Origin: Podarcis liolepis | Taxonomy: Eukaryota | NCBI GenBank assembly: GCA_965112155.1 | Contig: OZ218105.1 | Length of the DNA stretch: 64,000 nucleotides | Reading direction: 5' to 3' (one strand) | Part shown: in pieces, positions 23,029 to 36,659 of the stretch | Layout of the letters: each line of letters starts with the position of its first letter | Position numbering within the stretch: the first letter of the stretch is position 1 | Position numbers and translations under genes: made by a program | The notes under the pieces: generated by a model | What the model was told of the DNA's origin: nothing | Databases searched by the model: none | The model's input: only the letters and a program-made list of their open reading frames with translations

Positions 23029-23892
23029 ATAGCAGTTCTGTCCCCAAACATTTGGCGGGCACCAGTCTTGAGAAAGCTAGGAATGGCGTAAAGGAAACAA
23101 AACAGCACCTGTGTGACCATCCTATCCTAAAAACACGTTAACAAGGTCTTTCTTTAAAAAAATAAGTCTTCTTTCGTAATGCCTAAAACCTATTCACCAA
23201 CACCACCATTCAAGTATCTAGCAGTGAAGTTGAAAGACGTTCCCTCTTCAAGCCCACCTGAGCTTCAACTTGAATTGAAGGAGGTTGGGCGGGGAGGGAT
23301 CCTGCTAGCAGTTAGCCCTGGTGTCAGCTTCAAGAAAAGCACCAGCAAGGGCGTCTGAGTGCTGAAAGCCAGCTTTACTTCCCAGCCCAGCAACTTTGCT
23401 GCTTGGTGGACAATTTGGCCTGGCATGGGCTTGGCCAATGAAACGCTTAAATCATAGCTGAAGAGGTTCACACTGAATGTTAAGATCAGTAAGCCATAGT
23501 TAAAGCTGTGTTCAAATGGAATAATAAGTCACAGGCTGTTAATTCACTCTTATTTAAACCACAGTTTAACATGATATGTGAACCAGGTCAGAGGCATACC
23601 AGACTGAGGAGGAGAGAAAACAAAACAAAAGGGAGGAAGGAGGGATTGCAGTAGATTAGAGATAATCCGACTGCAGTTTCACCAGAGAATAAAGGGAAGA
23701 CTTTGGAAATGCTCGGAATTGAGATGTGGTGAGGGCAGAGGAGGGCCAAAGTTTGCACATCTGTGAAGTACAGGAAACCACGGTATTTGCAACAGTTAAC
23801 ATAACAGTTTTGAGAAGATGAGAAATGAGGATGGCTGCCCCCATCAACATGCATATTTCTGCACCCATCACCTTGAAATATACTTGGACTCC

Positions 23893-24115
23893 TGTAGTGA
23901 TTTCATGCTCTTTATTGCAGCTTGTAAAACAGTGATTGAATTTCCCCCCAAACCTCAGGCTTTTATATACATTATTTACACAATGAGTCCCGTCTGATTG
24001 GCTGATTCTGCTTTCTTCCTGGAGCCTGATTGGTCTTTTCCTGCAGGCCAATCAGTTGTTGCATTCTAGGATCCTACCCGCCTATTGTTCTAGGATCCAA
24101 GCTTAGTATGTAACA
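23893..24115 (-). mobile_element. Short solo LTR (Gypsy-like)
   Basis: TG..CA ends; minus strand shows CCAAT boxes, TATATAAAAG and AATAAA in promoter-to-polyA order; flanks CTCC/CACC. Confidence 0.6.
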
Positions 24116-25101
24116 CACCTGTTTATATTTTGGAAAATACCTCACGTATTGGTATATCATGTTATATATAGCAGTTCACGTAGAGTTCTGTTTTAGGTAT
24201 CTGCGCTTTATGCTTTTCTTTTGATGCATAAAATCAGCTCACCATGTGAACTGAAACTGCTGTGAAAGGGCAGGTTGCCGAATCGCAATTCTCAATTGAT
24301 GCTAAACTTGTTATTCTCTTGGAGGTTACCCATTTTCTCTTTAGGCATTATTTCCCCTAAAGATAATCTGCTAATCTGGGGCATTATTTTCAGCTATTTA
24401 GGCTAGTGGCTGCTGCCGGCTCTTTACATTGGTGGGACACAGGATAGCTAATGATAGGTAGTTGGCTGCAGTTCTGAACACGCTTCTATAAAATAAAGTT
24501 CCACTGGATGCAGTGGGAGTTACTTCTGAGTAAATGCATAGGGTTGTGTTGTAGTCACAGCTAAGTCACATTTCAGCAGTATGCCTGCTCTTTACAGATT
24601 GTGTCAGTACATCCTTCCAATAGAAAAACCATCGTAAACAGTTATTTTACAACACAAAGCCCAATCCAAAGCAGGTTTAGTCAGCCCTACTGAATACATA
24701 GGACTTGCTCCAAAGAAAGTGTATTAGACATTAGGGTTTTTTACTCCCCACTCCCTCCACCGCCTTTAATACCAGCCTGACATCAAAGAGTAAGTCACGG
24801 GGGACACAAAAAACAGTGCCCCATTCCAGACTCTGGACTAAATTTCATGACTTTTCAGTTATGACTTCTTATATTAGCTCACCCTGCAATAACAAAGAGG
24901 AAGTGGAAATGAGAATCCTGTCTCCTCCTTCCAGCTGCAGCCCTCAAAAACATGTTCCAATGTGGGATTATGCTACATGGGACTGAAGTTCCAGTGAAAA
25001 ACCCTTTTTGTATAAACAGGAGTGTCTTCCAGCCACACAAGCACCCTCTATGTTTCAGAGAGATTCCTATATCTTACTGGCTCTGTCCTGTTATTTCCCA
25101 G

Positions 25102-25272
25102 TACGACTGGTGTTCCTGGATTCCTAACGCCCCTCCCACGATGCGTCGCCCACCCCCTACAGAAAAGGGGAGCGTCACCATTGAGTATATTGTTGAGAGT
25201 TTACCGGATAGAGGGCGCTCTTGTTGGCATCTTGGTGCTGTTTGGGCCTTGAGTCAGTTTCAAGAGAACGAA
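25102..25272 (+). CDS. ALOX5: ALOX5 exon 13
   Basis: 171 bp, AG/GT; [57 protein letters not shown]. Confidence 0.97.
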
Positions 25273-25500
25273 GTAAGTGAAACTTCTAAGATATTCCCCT
25301 CATATATCTCAGTCATAATGCATGAGGCCAAAGCTGCAGGTCAGTGCTTAGCTTGGAAATCCATGTTTTTCCATAGTGCTTTCAGAGCATTTTGATGAGT
25401 TGTCAAAAATTTGGGGCCTGTTAACATTTCCCGTAAACACACTTCTGGACAGCTCTAACTGCAGGAACTGAAAGAAGCTTTAGTTTTTGCCAATCCCTAT

Positions 25501-25818
25501 GGGGGTGGTGCTGTGGGTTAAACCACAGAGCCTAGGGCTTGCCGATCAAAAGGTCAGCGGTTCAAATCCCCGTGACAGGGTGAGCTCCCGTTGCTCGGTC
25601 CCTGCTCCTGCCAACCTAGCAGTTTGAAAGCATATCAAAGTGCAAGTAGATAAATAGGTACTGCTCCGGCGGGAAGGTAAACGGCATTTCCGTGCGCTGC
25701 TCTGGTTCGCCAGAAGTGGCTTAGTCATGTTGGCCACATGACCCGGAAGCTGTACGGCGGCTCCCTCAGCCAATAAAGCGAGATGTGCACCGCAACCCCA
25801 GAGTCGGTCATGACTGGA
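25501..25818 (+). mobile_element. Sauria SINE, 3'-truncated
   Basis: High similarity to 22669-23028. Confidence 0.88.
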
Positions 25819-26183
25819 AATACTTTATTGTCACTCGTACAACTTGTACACAGTGAGATTACACAAGCACCCCCCACTCAGCTCTCTTAGTCTTAATTCT
25901 TAATTTACTGACGCACACCCACCAAACCCGAAAGTCAGCTGCCCTGTTGTTATCTTTTCATTCAGCAGCCTAACAGCCAACGGATAGAAGCTGTTCTTTA
26001 CCCTGTTGGTGCGACTAATATTTAATACTAAATATATTAAATTAAATATATAATTAATATTTAAATATCATCTTTGCTCACTAGACGAGGAAGGGTCTAT
26101 TTTTGCAGTGTCTCAAAATTAGCTGCATTATTTCTTTTAGACATTTCCCAACAGATACGTTTTGTGACTTCTTCTCCAACTAG

Positions 26184-26363
26184 GTGTTTCTGGGGATGTA
26201 TCCAGATGAACATTTCATAGAGAAGCCAGTGAAAGAGGCCATGAGGAAATTCCGCAAGAATCTTGATGAAATTACCAGTTGCATTGCTGAGCGGAACAGG
26301 AACAAAAAACTCCCCTACTATTATCTTTCCCCGGATCAAATACCTAACAGTGTGGCTGTTTGA
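26184..26363 (+). CDS. ALOX5: ALOX5 exon 14 (terminal, to TGA)
   Basis: 180 bp incl. stop; [59 protein letters not shown]. Confidence 0.96.
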   Translation: MFLGMYPDEHFIEKPVKEAMRKFRKNLDEITSCIAERNRNKKLPYYYLSPDQIPNSVAV

Positions 26364-27022
26364 ATTAGCCTTTTCGAAGGCATGAAAAGGCAGTGAACCG
26401 GAGTGACAATCATGGCAAATTATCTGCAAGCAAATCAGCTGGCTTCAAACCAAATTGGGTCTTATTTTGTACTAGATACTATTGTAGTTTTAAGTTTTCT
26501 TTGAATATCTATCCCTCATATATAATTAGTTGATACCGTGTTACTGTTCGATAATAATTTTTATAATTGTCAGGAAATACAAAACCTTAAGGAACATTTT
26601 TTACCTTAAAAAGAGAACCTTTACCAATGGAGAAACTCTATTCCACACATTTGTGGTCAGAACACCTCTGTTTTGGAAGCTGTTACCCCGTTTTCAGTAA
26701 GTTTTTGTTTTTAGGAACCGAGTGAATGTATGATTTCCATAAGGAATGTTTGTTGGCTGGTCTGGTTGTTTTTACAGGAGCTCACCAGCAATTTAAAAAT
26801 TGCTTTTGTTGGGGTTCAGAGCAACAGATGAAGACATTAAGGATGGTCTGGGGGACATGGAACTGGGGAAGATTGAAGCCAAAGGAGTGTCTGAGCAGAA
26901 GCTTGACCCTACCTCAGATTTCCATGCCACCCAAGGACCCACAATATTATCTGAGGCAGAAGGACGAGTAGCAACATAAGTTGCTCCCTTCATTTGCCAT
27001 CAGAAAGAAGAACCCCAGATCA

Positions 27023-27023
<1 letters not shown>

Positions 27024-27063
<40 letters not shown>
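27024..27063. repeat. (CA)n microsatellite
   Basis: Direct reading. Confidence 0.95.
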
Positions 27064-27064
<1 letters not shown>

Positions 27065-27450
27065 CAGTGTTGTGCTTCCTTTAAGGGAGCGGGAGCTGCA
27101 AGAGTCCAGTTGGAGGTTGACCTTTGTAAGGTGAGCAGGCTGGACTTGGGAGATTTCAGCAGATTTTGAGCTGAGCTCCGCTTGCTTTGGATATGCACAC
27201 AGGCTTTCGAATGGGGTCAGTCACGTTTTTAACGACCCCCTTCAAATGCTTGTGACATTCCTGGTTGTCGTTTTTATAATGATAAGAATACTTACAAGTC
27301 TCATACATGCCCAGTTTGGGGGGGGGGGTGTCTACCAGTTACCTAGCAGGAAACAAGGTCTCATTATCTCCCCAAGTCAGAAGAGTGGTACTATTGGTCC
27401 TTGACCAACCACAATATAATATATAAATACCAGCTTTCATTGGAAGGTTG

Positions 27451-27851
27451 TGTGAAAGATTTTACAGCTTCCTTAAGCACTTTGTTGAACTGCTTCTGTG
27501 ATTCCTTAACATGTAAACAAAAATCCTTCCTTACATGTTCAATGGATAAAGTGGATTATTATGTCCCCACTTTCCTGTTTGTTCTGTGAAAGATTTTACA
27601 GCTTCCTTAAGCACTTTGTTGAACTGCTTCTGTGATTCCTTAACAGGTAAACAAAAATCCTTCCTTACATGTTCAATGGATAAAGTGGATTATTATGTCC
27701 CCACTTTCCTGTTTGTTCTGTGAAAGATTTTACAGCTTCCTTAAGCACTTTGTTGAACTGCTTCTGTGATTCCTTAACAGGTAAACAAAAATCCTTCCTT
27801 ACATGTTCAATGGATAAAGTGGATTATTATGTCCCCACTTTCCTGTTTGTT
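27451..27851. repeat. Tandem repeat, 3 x 134 bp
   Basis: Units start at 27451, 27585 and 27719 with TGTGAAAGATTTTACAGC. Confidence 0.95.
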
Positions 27852-28447
27852 TGGTTCTGAAGTATTTAAAATAATGTAAAAACAATGTCATTCTTATTCG
27901 GCATGCAAAAGCTTTGTGTTTTTAAAAAGATGAGGTAGCTGGTCCTGAAATGCACTTATTTACTAAATCGGGAAAGGATTGATAAAATATCAGAGCAGCC
28001 CAAGCCCTGGCATAATAGTGACAGCCCATCACAGAGTACTGCACACAGAAGCCCTGCCAGTCATGCCAGCTGGGGCAGAAAGGGCAGGCAAAACATTGGA
28101 GCTGGCCTAGCAATGGGACCCAATGCTATCCAGGGGTGGATCCTGAGCTGGATCAGCCCCCGCCCCCCCAAATACCATTTGGGGGCTGCCTGTGCGCTGC
28201 TGTCACTGGCAGAAAGCCTACTACTGGTGGTTACTGCCTCCTGCCCACACTTTTGAGCTGGTTGAACAGAGAGCTTTATGCCAGTGGAGTAATGCGAATG
28301 TCTATCTGTGGGCAGAGGCTGGTGGAGGGAGACAGGGCGGATTAGGAGTTTGAATCTGAATTAAATGATTCTGCTGGAAACCCACTAATTCTAGTTGACA
28401 TACTGTTGTATAATGCAACGGTGATACGAAATTCGAATCTTTGCGAA

Positions 28448-28616
28448 CAGTGGCGTAGCGTGGGTTGTCAGCACCCGGGGCATGGCAAGTAATTTGCGCC
28501 CCCTAACCTGTGGATTTGCGCCCCCTAACCAGTGGATTTGCGCCCCCTAACCCTAACCCCCAGATGTTGCGCCCGGTGCGGCCGGCCCCCCCTGCACCCC
28601 CCACGCTACGCCACTG
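28448..28616. mobile_element. hAT MITE
   Basis: TIR CAGTGGCGTAGCGTGG/CCACGCTACGCCACTG; perfect 8-bp TSD TTTGCGAA. Confidence 0.9.
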
Positions 28617-28853
28617 TTTGCGAAGTGCATAGATTTAGTTAGTGCATTGCACATTGCCTGCATGTCTGCTTGGAAGTAAAACCCATCACAGCCTGTGACT
28701 CCCTCCTTTGGCAATCTACCCAATGGTTGCCATCAATTTGATTTGAAGTAATTTTTTAATGAAATGATTTTAAAATGTTGTCTTATTTTATTGTTGTTAG
28801 CCGCCCTGAGCCCGGCTTCGGCTGGGGAGGGCGGGATATAAATAACAAATTAC

Positions 28854-28889
<36 letters not shown>

Positions 28890-30746
28890 GCTCAACTGGT
28901 TTTATTCCAATGTAAATTCACATAGGATTGCAGTCTAAATTGTTTTACATGAAAATTATGCAGGGTTTTGATAGTGTGAGAGATGAGCACCACTTCCTAT
29001 TTTTCAGATAACTAAAAGCTCATCAGTTTTCTGTTCACCACAGATTTTTGCTGACTGCAAAAATCATAAGAACTTTTGCTTATCCAACGACTTCCTCTTC
29101 CAAGATATCATAGTTTCAGTTCCACAATTGCTAAAATAAGATCACTAATCTATTTCAAGCCTTCTTAGCAGGTCCCAATTCCATTGCAATCTTGTTGCTC
29201 AAATTCATTTTTATCACAATTATCCTCTTTTTCAAAATTTGAGTAATTTGGGGTCCCCCCCAAAAAACCTGGTTAATCAACTTCTATAGTATATTAAATA
29301 ACACTGAGATTTCAATATTTCACCAGGTGCTTCATGCTTCCTTTGCTATCATTAGAACACAGTCCTTCACAAACGAACCATGGTAAGGAAGGCATTAGGA
29401 TTTTCTTTGGAACATTTCCAATAGGTAGTGCTCGCTGCCATCGCTGTGAATTGACCAGCATTGGATCTCCTATTTTGGTATGGAAACGCAGGCAAACAGG
29501 CAAAATGTAATGTAGTAAACCAACATTTAAGCACATTCAGCCTAAAACCACATCCCTTCAAGTGCAGGAAAGGAAGGCAAACCCCAGCCCTCAAGTTCCC
29601 CAGAAGCTGAGCAGCTGAGCAGAACTCTAAGCAACCCTTGGAGGTGACACCATCTTCAACAGAACAAGGGCAATTGTGGTGGGAAGCTGGTTGGTTAAAG
29701 TCCTTCAGGAGAAAGATTCTCTCTTCCTCTGTTTTGTATTTTAAAAGGAGACTAGTTGTCTGAAAATAGCGATGAGCTCAGCATGTTTCCAAGACCACAT
29801 CCCCCCCCCAATATATTTTATGCTTGATACTGTTACGGCTTTAAGGTGTTTTTAAAAATAGTAAAGTGGGTTATAAATGATATTAAATAAACAAACAGCA
29901 TTTTATTCCTGTGCCGGTGTGACTTTTCACTCTTTTCGTAGCTTGTATAAAACTGTTTAGGACTGCCTCAGGCCATTTTCCAGTTTGCTCTCTAGCCATT
30001 CCAACTGAAATTGATTTTTTAAAGGCTTAAAACAATAATCACAGGGTATCAAATTCCTTTCCTTTACCCTGATCACCTGTGCAGCAAACCAGAAGAATCT
30101 GAGTGGCTTCCCCACCCATCCTTTTCCCATGCATGCCTCCTCCTTGACCTCTCCCAGCCCTTCCCGTTCTCCTAGCCCTTTTCCTCCCAGTAATAACATC
30201 CTGAGACCCATAGCACGCCATTCCCTCTGCATCCCTTGACTTCTTTGGCAGAAGGATTCTTGCTGCTCTGCATGGTGAGTAGAAAGCCCTTTGTTCGTGT
30301 GGCAAAAGGGGTTTGTGCGTGGTCTACCTAGAGATTATCTTGTGGCTGGTTACAACCCCCCAGGAGTCAATTTGGGAGCCGTACACAAAAAAAATTCACA
30401 AAATTCCAGCAGGCCCCTGGTCCCGCAAAAAAGTTGAGGACTCCTACTCTAGTCATTTCTCTAGCAATTTATTGACGATAGCAATTTTGAATCAGTTCTG
30501 TCTTGGCTTCAATTTCCAGAAATGTCTGGTTTCCAGTGTTTTTAGCCAATGGCCATTACAATGCAACTCCAGAGCAAAAATTTAAGCTGTCAGCCCTTAA
30601 AATTGCAAAGTTCCCCAAATCATTCAGGATAAAATCACAGATTTATGAATAAGTGTTTTTAGAGATCTTTAGAAGTTAATGCACCAGATATCAGGGCAAC
30701 TATGCGGGATTCTAAATAGTATTATGTAGGAACTTATTTTACATTA

Positions 30747-30997
30747 CAGACGTACCTTGGAAGTTGAATGGAATCCGTTCCCGAAGTCCATTTGACTTCC
30801 AAAACGTTCAGGAACTGAGGCACTGCTTCCGATTGGCTGCAGGAGCTTCCTACAGCCAATCAGAAGCTGTAGAAGGCCTGCTGGGTGTTTGGCTTCCAAA
30901 ACAACATTCAAAAACCAGAACAATCACTTCCGGTTTTTGATCGTTCAGGAGCCGAAACATTCGGCAACCAAGCCATTCGAATTCCAAGGTATGACTG
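30747..30997. mobile_element. Tigger-like MITE
   Basis: CAG..GTACCTTGG / CCAAGGTATGACTG ends; related copy at 46289-46526. Confidence 0.75.
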
Positions 30998-33900
30998 TGT
31001 ATCCAGTTTATCCAGAGCTACTCCAGTTGCTGCACCATATAAAAAGCAAGAGACAGTTTTAGCAACAATTTTTTTATTGTCATTTCTAACAAATGATGAC
31101 CTAAGGGTCACAATAAAGTGTCTTTATAGCATCCAATGAATGGGCAGGTAACATTTTAATTGCTTCCTAATGGGTGTGTGCCACAGGGTGTTTTCACAAA
31201 AATGAAGCAACACCGTTTGACCATTCGGGATCCACTTATGCCTTTTAAGAAACACAACCACTTTGTTCTTATTACAGTATAAATCTTCCTGCTTACAATA
31301 AATTTCAGATTGGAGAAGGAATCTTCTCCATTAGAATGTTTCGATTATCAATTGAGGGGAGTCAGGGAGAGAAGAGAGTTATTGTATGAGGGTTATTACA
31401 TAAAAACAGTAGTGGGGACAAAATACAACACTGTTGTACTCCCTTTATGTAAAGATTGAATATAAAAGACAGCCTGCAAGTGCAGTTCAAATTTTTGCAT
31501 CATTCTAAGGAACAACAGCCATTTGTCATTTATCCAGTGAATTGCCTGTAATGTTTCCCCCCAAAGTCAGATGAGAGTTCAACAAATGCAACACGCAACT
31601 TTTTTTTGGTGGACTGCTAATGGACTTTTGTAAAACGTCGTCATTGATCAATTGTACTATTCAGAAAGCCAGCCTGGATTGGCTACAGGACTGAGGACCA
31701 CCTCCTCTTTAATCTATTGTTCTAACTTACCTAAAAGATGTCATGCATATATATATATTGGTGGGAACAAGACAAATTAGTGGGTGACACCCCACCTGCC
31801 TTTCTTAAAAGATTGGAACTAAAATACTTGATGTTGAGAAATACATGTCCTTCGTATTCAAGGAACAGTCAGTACCACCAGTCCTATCAGTTTGCAACAG
31901 GTCTCAGAGCAGGCATGCAAATCTCTGCCCCATGGCCAAACCAAACCTGCCAAGGCCCCAGGTCCAGCCCCCAGCTGGCTGTGAGGCCCTGGGGAGCTTC
32001 TACACCAAACCCCTTGCCAGCCCTGAGCTTGGCATTTGGGAAGAGCAAATGACTCTCCTATGCGGAAAGAATTACTCATTCCGTTCTGCATCTTTTGAAC
32101 ATCCCCTCTGTATTCTGGGAAAAAAAATAAAACAAGACTTGTAAAACAATCCATTAGTAGTTAATTCCAATTTTTTTAATGATAGAAAACTGTAAAATTG
32201 CATATCTTTATAACTCACATTGTGTCATCTTTTGTATTCCCAAACCTTGTAAGACTCTTGCTGCGTAATAAGCTTGTTTGGTAATCTGTATCATTATTGC
32301 TTGCCTGCCTCTCACAGTATGTTAAAAGTATGAAAAGATGCAATAGAATTTATTCAGGCTCATGATTTTTCTTTAAAACTCTTCCACTTTGTTTTTAGCT
32401 AGGCAATCTTTGTCAGTGCCAAAACCTTTTGTCCAAGTGCACTTATAGTACATTCTTCAATGCAGGAAAATATAACATACAGTGCAGATAAGGAATTCGA
32501 AGGAAACCCAGCTGAATAAATAACAAAGGGAGTGATGCTAATATCTTAAACTTATAACATAAATGAATATGAGATTGAATATTTTGGAGGCTTAGTAACA
32601 TTTCAAGAAGTTCATGATTTAGCTAGGCCAAATACTTGGGGGGGGGGGGGCGTTGTCAAAGGAAGGGACATCAAACTGCAATCTTAAAGTATTATGTTTA
32701 GAGCAATCTGTACAGTAAATTAGGTTCCTTCCACCAGAAGTCCCTGGCCTTTGCATCATGAAAAGTGTCTTACTGTTATAGCACGGCTTCTTCTCTTGTC
32801 CACTGCGACAGCTCAGAAATGTCATTTTGGAAAAGGCTCTTTATAGAAAGGGCTCTTTAATAATCTTTGAAAATAATGCTTGCTATTTTAAAGTGCACCG
32901 CTTTTCATGAACACAGTCTCTCAAGTCTTTTTTCTTTAAACACATTTTGTCAGAACTCACACTGAAATTCAGGCGGGTACACTTCCATCATGGGAGATCT
33001 TACAGCAGAAGCATGATGGGCACTGCAAAGATTACTGAAGCAGTGGTGCTAGGAAAGGAAAAGCCTTTTAGCTGTTGGCAGTCAGACGACCTGCTTTTCT
33101 GCCCCACGGAAGCCCCTCTCTAAAACTAAACATTTGCCCTGTTTTTAAGAGCAGGTAAAATTTGTTCGCTACAATGTTCTTTCCCTATTTTCTCAACTAG
33201 AAAAAAGATATACCTTAAAATTCAGTAGGCTGAAACTCTTCACAAGTGATATGTTTAGAATTATTGTTCGAGTAAAAATTAAGGCACTTTGCATGGAATC
33301 CTAAGGGCCCCTAGGACAAATCAGATCAACTCCTCCTATGCTGGAGACAGAGCTCTGATGTCAGAAGCAACCTCCCAACTTCTGGCTCCTCCAATGCCCT
33401 GGCCAAGCCATCGTTGGAGATCCAACATCAGCAGGGCCAACCAAAATGGAGAGCATTTGAAGGCCCACTGCCCCCCTGACACACACCCAAACTGGAGATA
33501 TCCAGCCACGCTCTTGAGTAATATAACCACTTTCATATTCCCCTCCCTCCCCATCTTTGGACTGCACTACAATTAAGATTTCATAAATTTACAAAGCAAT
33601 ACGATGTTAAATACTAAATCATACACATGTCATGGTCTTCATAGTAAACAGTAAAGTACATTTAAGTTTGATACAAATAAGTTCACAGTCACTGGTTTTG
33701 TTTATTACATTAACTAATGATGTTGGTCTAAACACCTTTGTTAGAGAACTTTGATTTGCAAAAGTTCTTTGGAAATAAATCAGAAGTTTATAGAAAATGT
33801 TGAAACAGTCAAAATGGAAAACAGAGTTGTATGTGGCCACATGGACCAATGTATTTTTCAAGTTATTTTAAAGGATCCTATCCCCTTTAGGAAGTGTGAT

Positions 33901-34390
33901 CAGCTGATCAAAACAACCAACATCACTTTATGAATTCTTGTTAAATGTTCTACTTGAAATTCCCAGGTGGAAATAACAGAAAACATACATATAAGCAGCA
34001 TCCCAAGGCCTTCAAAATGCAGCATCAAAATTCCCTTTGCAATTCTCTGTATAAGAAATTAGTCTATTGACTGAGTCTTCGCTCTTCAGACAAGCAATTC
34101 AAAACACTGAAATGAGTCTACATTTAATCTATGGTTATATCAATTTTTCCTTGTTACAAAACTCAAATGTGCAATATTCCCAGAAAAAAATATACTCCTG
34201 GAAAAATGCCCAGAGAACTTGTAGTGTTAGGCTTAAGAATGTTTGTAGATTCTTAATATAAACCATGTCTCCTTTTTGTTGTTTTAAGGCAAGTGGTTAG
34301 CTCTATGTTGCAACTGAGTCTTGATTAAGTCAAAGGAACAAACCGAAAAGAAATTATTTAATTTTTCAAAAATAAAATAAAAACAATTAA

Positions 34391-34770
34391 GGGAGCAATC
34401 CTAGGCTCCCTGAAAGGGTGGCAAAGGGGTCGTAAGATGCTGTGGACCTCTGGGACCAGAGACAGTCTGCTGTAAACTTTGCAAGTGTGATGGTGAAAAT
34501 CTATGTTGTTGTCACTGCTCTGATTATGACTGAGCAAAGATCAGCAGTTGCTGGATGTGTGACCAGGGAGTTTGTGGGTCTGCAGGATAATATGGCTACT
34601 TCTTCCCCTGGCACTCCTCCAAAAAGGTCCTTAAGTGCTGGTGCAGTTAATTCTGTCCCACTGGCTGCAATGGGAGGGAACAAAATGAAAAAGAAAGGGA
34701 GGTGTGAACCACACCACTTCCTGCTCTGGTTGCCACAGATCTCTCTCCCTCGATAGGCAGGATTGCTCCC
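34391..34770. mobile_element. TIR element (Harbinger- or Kolobok-like MITE)
   Basis: TTAA|GGGAGCAATCCT ... AGGATTGCTCCC|TTAA. Confidence 0.7.
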
Positions 34771-36040
34771 TTAAAGTGCTCTATGCTTTGGAACCTCTTT
34801 TTTCCTGTTATAATATTCAGCAACATCTCACAGCTGGAACTTAAGCAGATTGCTTGAGGTATTTTAGAACTACATTAAGACTTGCAGGCTTACAAGTGGT
34901 GGTGGTGGTGGTGAGCCGGCTTCCTGATATGCTTGTTTTGTGTTTGCAGGAAGTAAGGATGGAGAAACCTGTAGAACTGGTGCCTAAGTGGACCAGGACT
35001 GGTTCCTAAGTGGATTCGATCAGGGAGGCTCACGACGCAGTTTTTTTTTCATTTTGGAATGTGCAGCCCTGCAGGTCTCATAATAATAGGGTGGTCTGCG
35101 GACTCCAGTGCTGCCTCTAGCAGTTTTTCCTTTTAGAAGTTTGCTTCTCCAAAATCAGAGCTCCAGAAGTCTTCCAGATGCTCACAGCTTAGATCAGCTC
35201 CTGTGATGGGGTTTTGACATTGTGTGCGCCCAACAGAGCAAGTCTCCTTCTGAAGAGATGGAACCTGTTGACGCTCCAGCACCATGAGGGGACTGTACTG
35301 GGCAGGGGGAGGGGGCTGTCGCATGGAAAAGCTGGGACAGCCAAACTTTCCCCCCTCCCTCTCAGAGCGACAGAAAGCCACCAAGTCCTGCTGCTCTCTA
35401 TTCGACTCAAAACACACCACAGTATGAAGCCCCCAAACGAGGTGCTCTACGCTGCGAGTGGCTGGAAGACTTCTGGAGTTTTGCAAAAGGGATTTTTGGG
35501 GGAACAGATTTGAGGCTGGAGCCCTCAGACAGCTTTTTAAGTACTTTTATTTCTCGAACAGAGATTTTAAAGGATGGGGTGGACTTAGTTGCATCCCCGA
35601 GTAGTCTGTAATGGGTCTGTCCATCCCTTGCAAGGAAGTTTTTCTTTTTACGTAGCTGGGAAGCATTCAGACATATCATTTATAGATAAAGATGGCATGC
35701 TTTAGCTCCTAGAGGTCGCTTTTGGTTGTTTCGCGCAGTAATGGTTGCTTCATCAGTTCTTACATGGCCCTGGAATAGCGGAGGATGGTTTTTTTGGGGG
35801 GACGGGGGAAGTAGGCTCCAAAAACTGACAATTCTTTACAGAAGACAAGGACATTTCACCTCATTTACAAATCTTGCAATCAATCCTGTATTTCTTTCAG
35901 GTCAGTTTGAGATTTGCAACCCTGGTAATGTGTTTATTAAGTGCAAAAGAAAAAAAGCTGCACCAGCTCCACCTTTGCTGATTTTGAGCTGCTGAGCAGG
36001 GTAAACAATGCTGGTGCAGATCTTCATGGAGGGAAATATG

Positions 36041-36345
36041 CTAGATATGAAGAATGTTTGCCCTGGAGTCTTCAGGCTCTGTATAATGTAAACTGCTCAT
36101 TTCTGCATGATGACTCGCAAGCATATCTGTATTTTCAAGATTTGGTTCAATAAGCACGGGTTTTTCAAATATGTTCTTTTTGCTTGTTTCTGGACAGTTC
36201 TGAACATATATAACACGGTTGTAAGCCTTAAGTCTTTTCCAAAGCTGTATGTAGACTTTGCACTGAACATACATGAACAAAATTCCTCCAGTGAAACCAA
36301 TAGCTACCACTACTAGTTTAGTCCAAAATGGCCACTCTAGAATAC
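36041..36345 (-). CDS. MARCHF8: E3 ubiquitin ligase MARCHF8 (MARCH8) terminal coding exon
   Basis: Polypyrimidine+AG acceptor; [62 protein letters not shown]...ILHI*; tail-to-tail with ALOX5 as in human; upstream exons not found in window. Confidence 0.9.
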
Positions 36346-36659
36346 CTAAAGGAAAGAAGATAAGAGGAAGTTTAAAGGGCTGGCATAGTGAGTCTCTGTT
36401 AACAAAAGATATAACCCACCAAAATGTTTAAATTCAAGGTTCTCTAGACTATGGGAACAGATTTATTGTAAGAGCTAAAAACATTGTGCAAACACGTAAG
36501 AGAAACTGCATTAAAACTGATAAAGAAAATTGTATATATATATATACACATTTGGCATAAATTCACTCAGCTTCTGCTATTTCTAAAGAGCAACAAAACA
36601 TATTTCCCACCCTTCTCCCAAAGGGGCCTAGGGCAGCCCTAGTAAGCCAGTTAATATGT

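Noticed and set aside
27451-27851. CRISPR-like array
   Set aside because: Contiguous units with no unique spacers, in a eukaryotic context.
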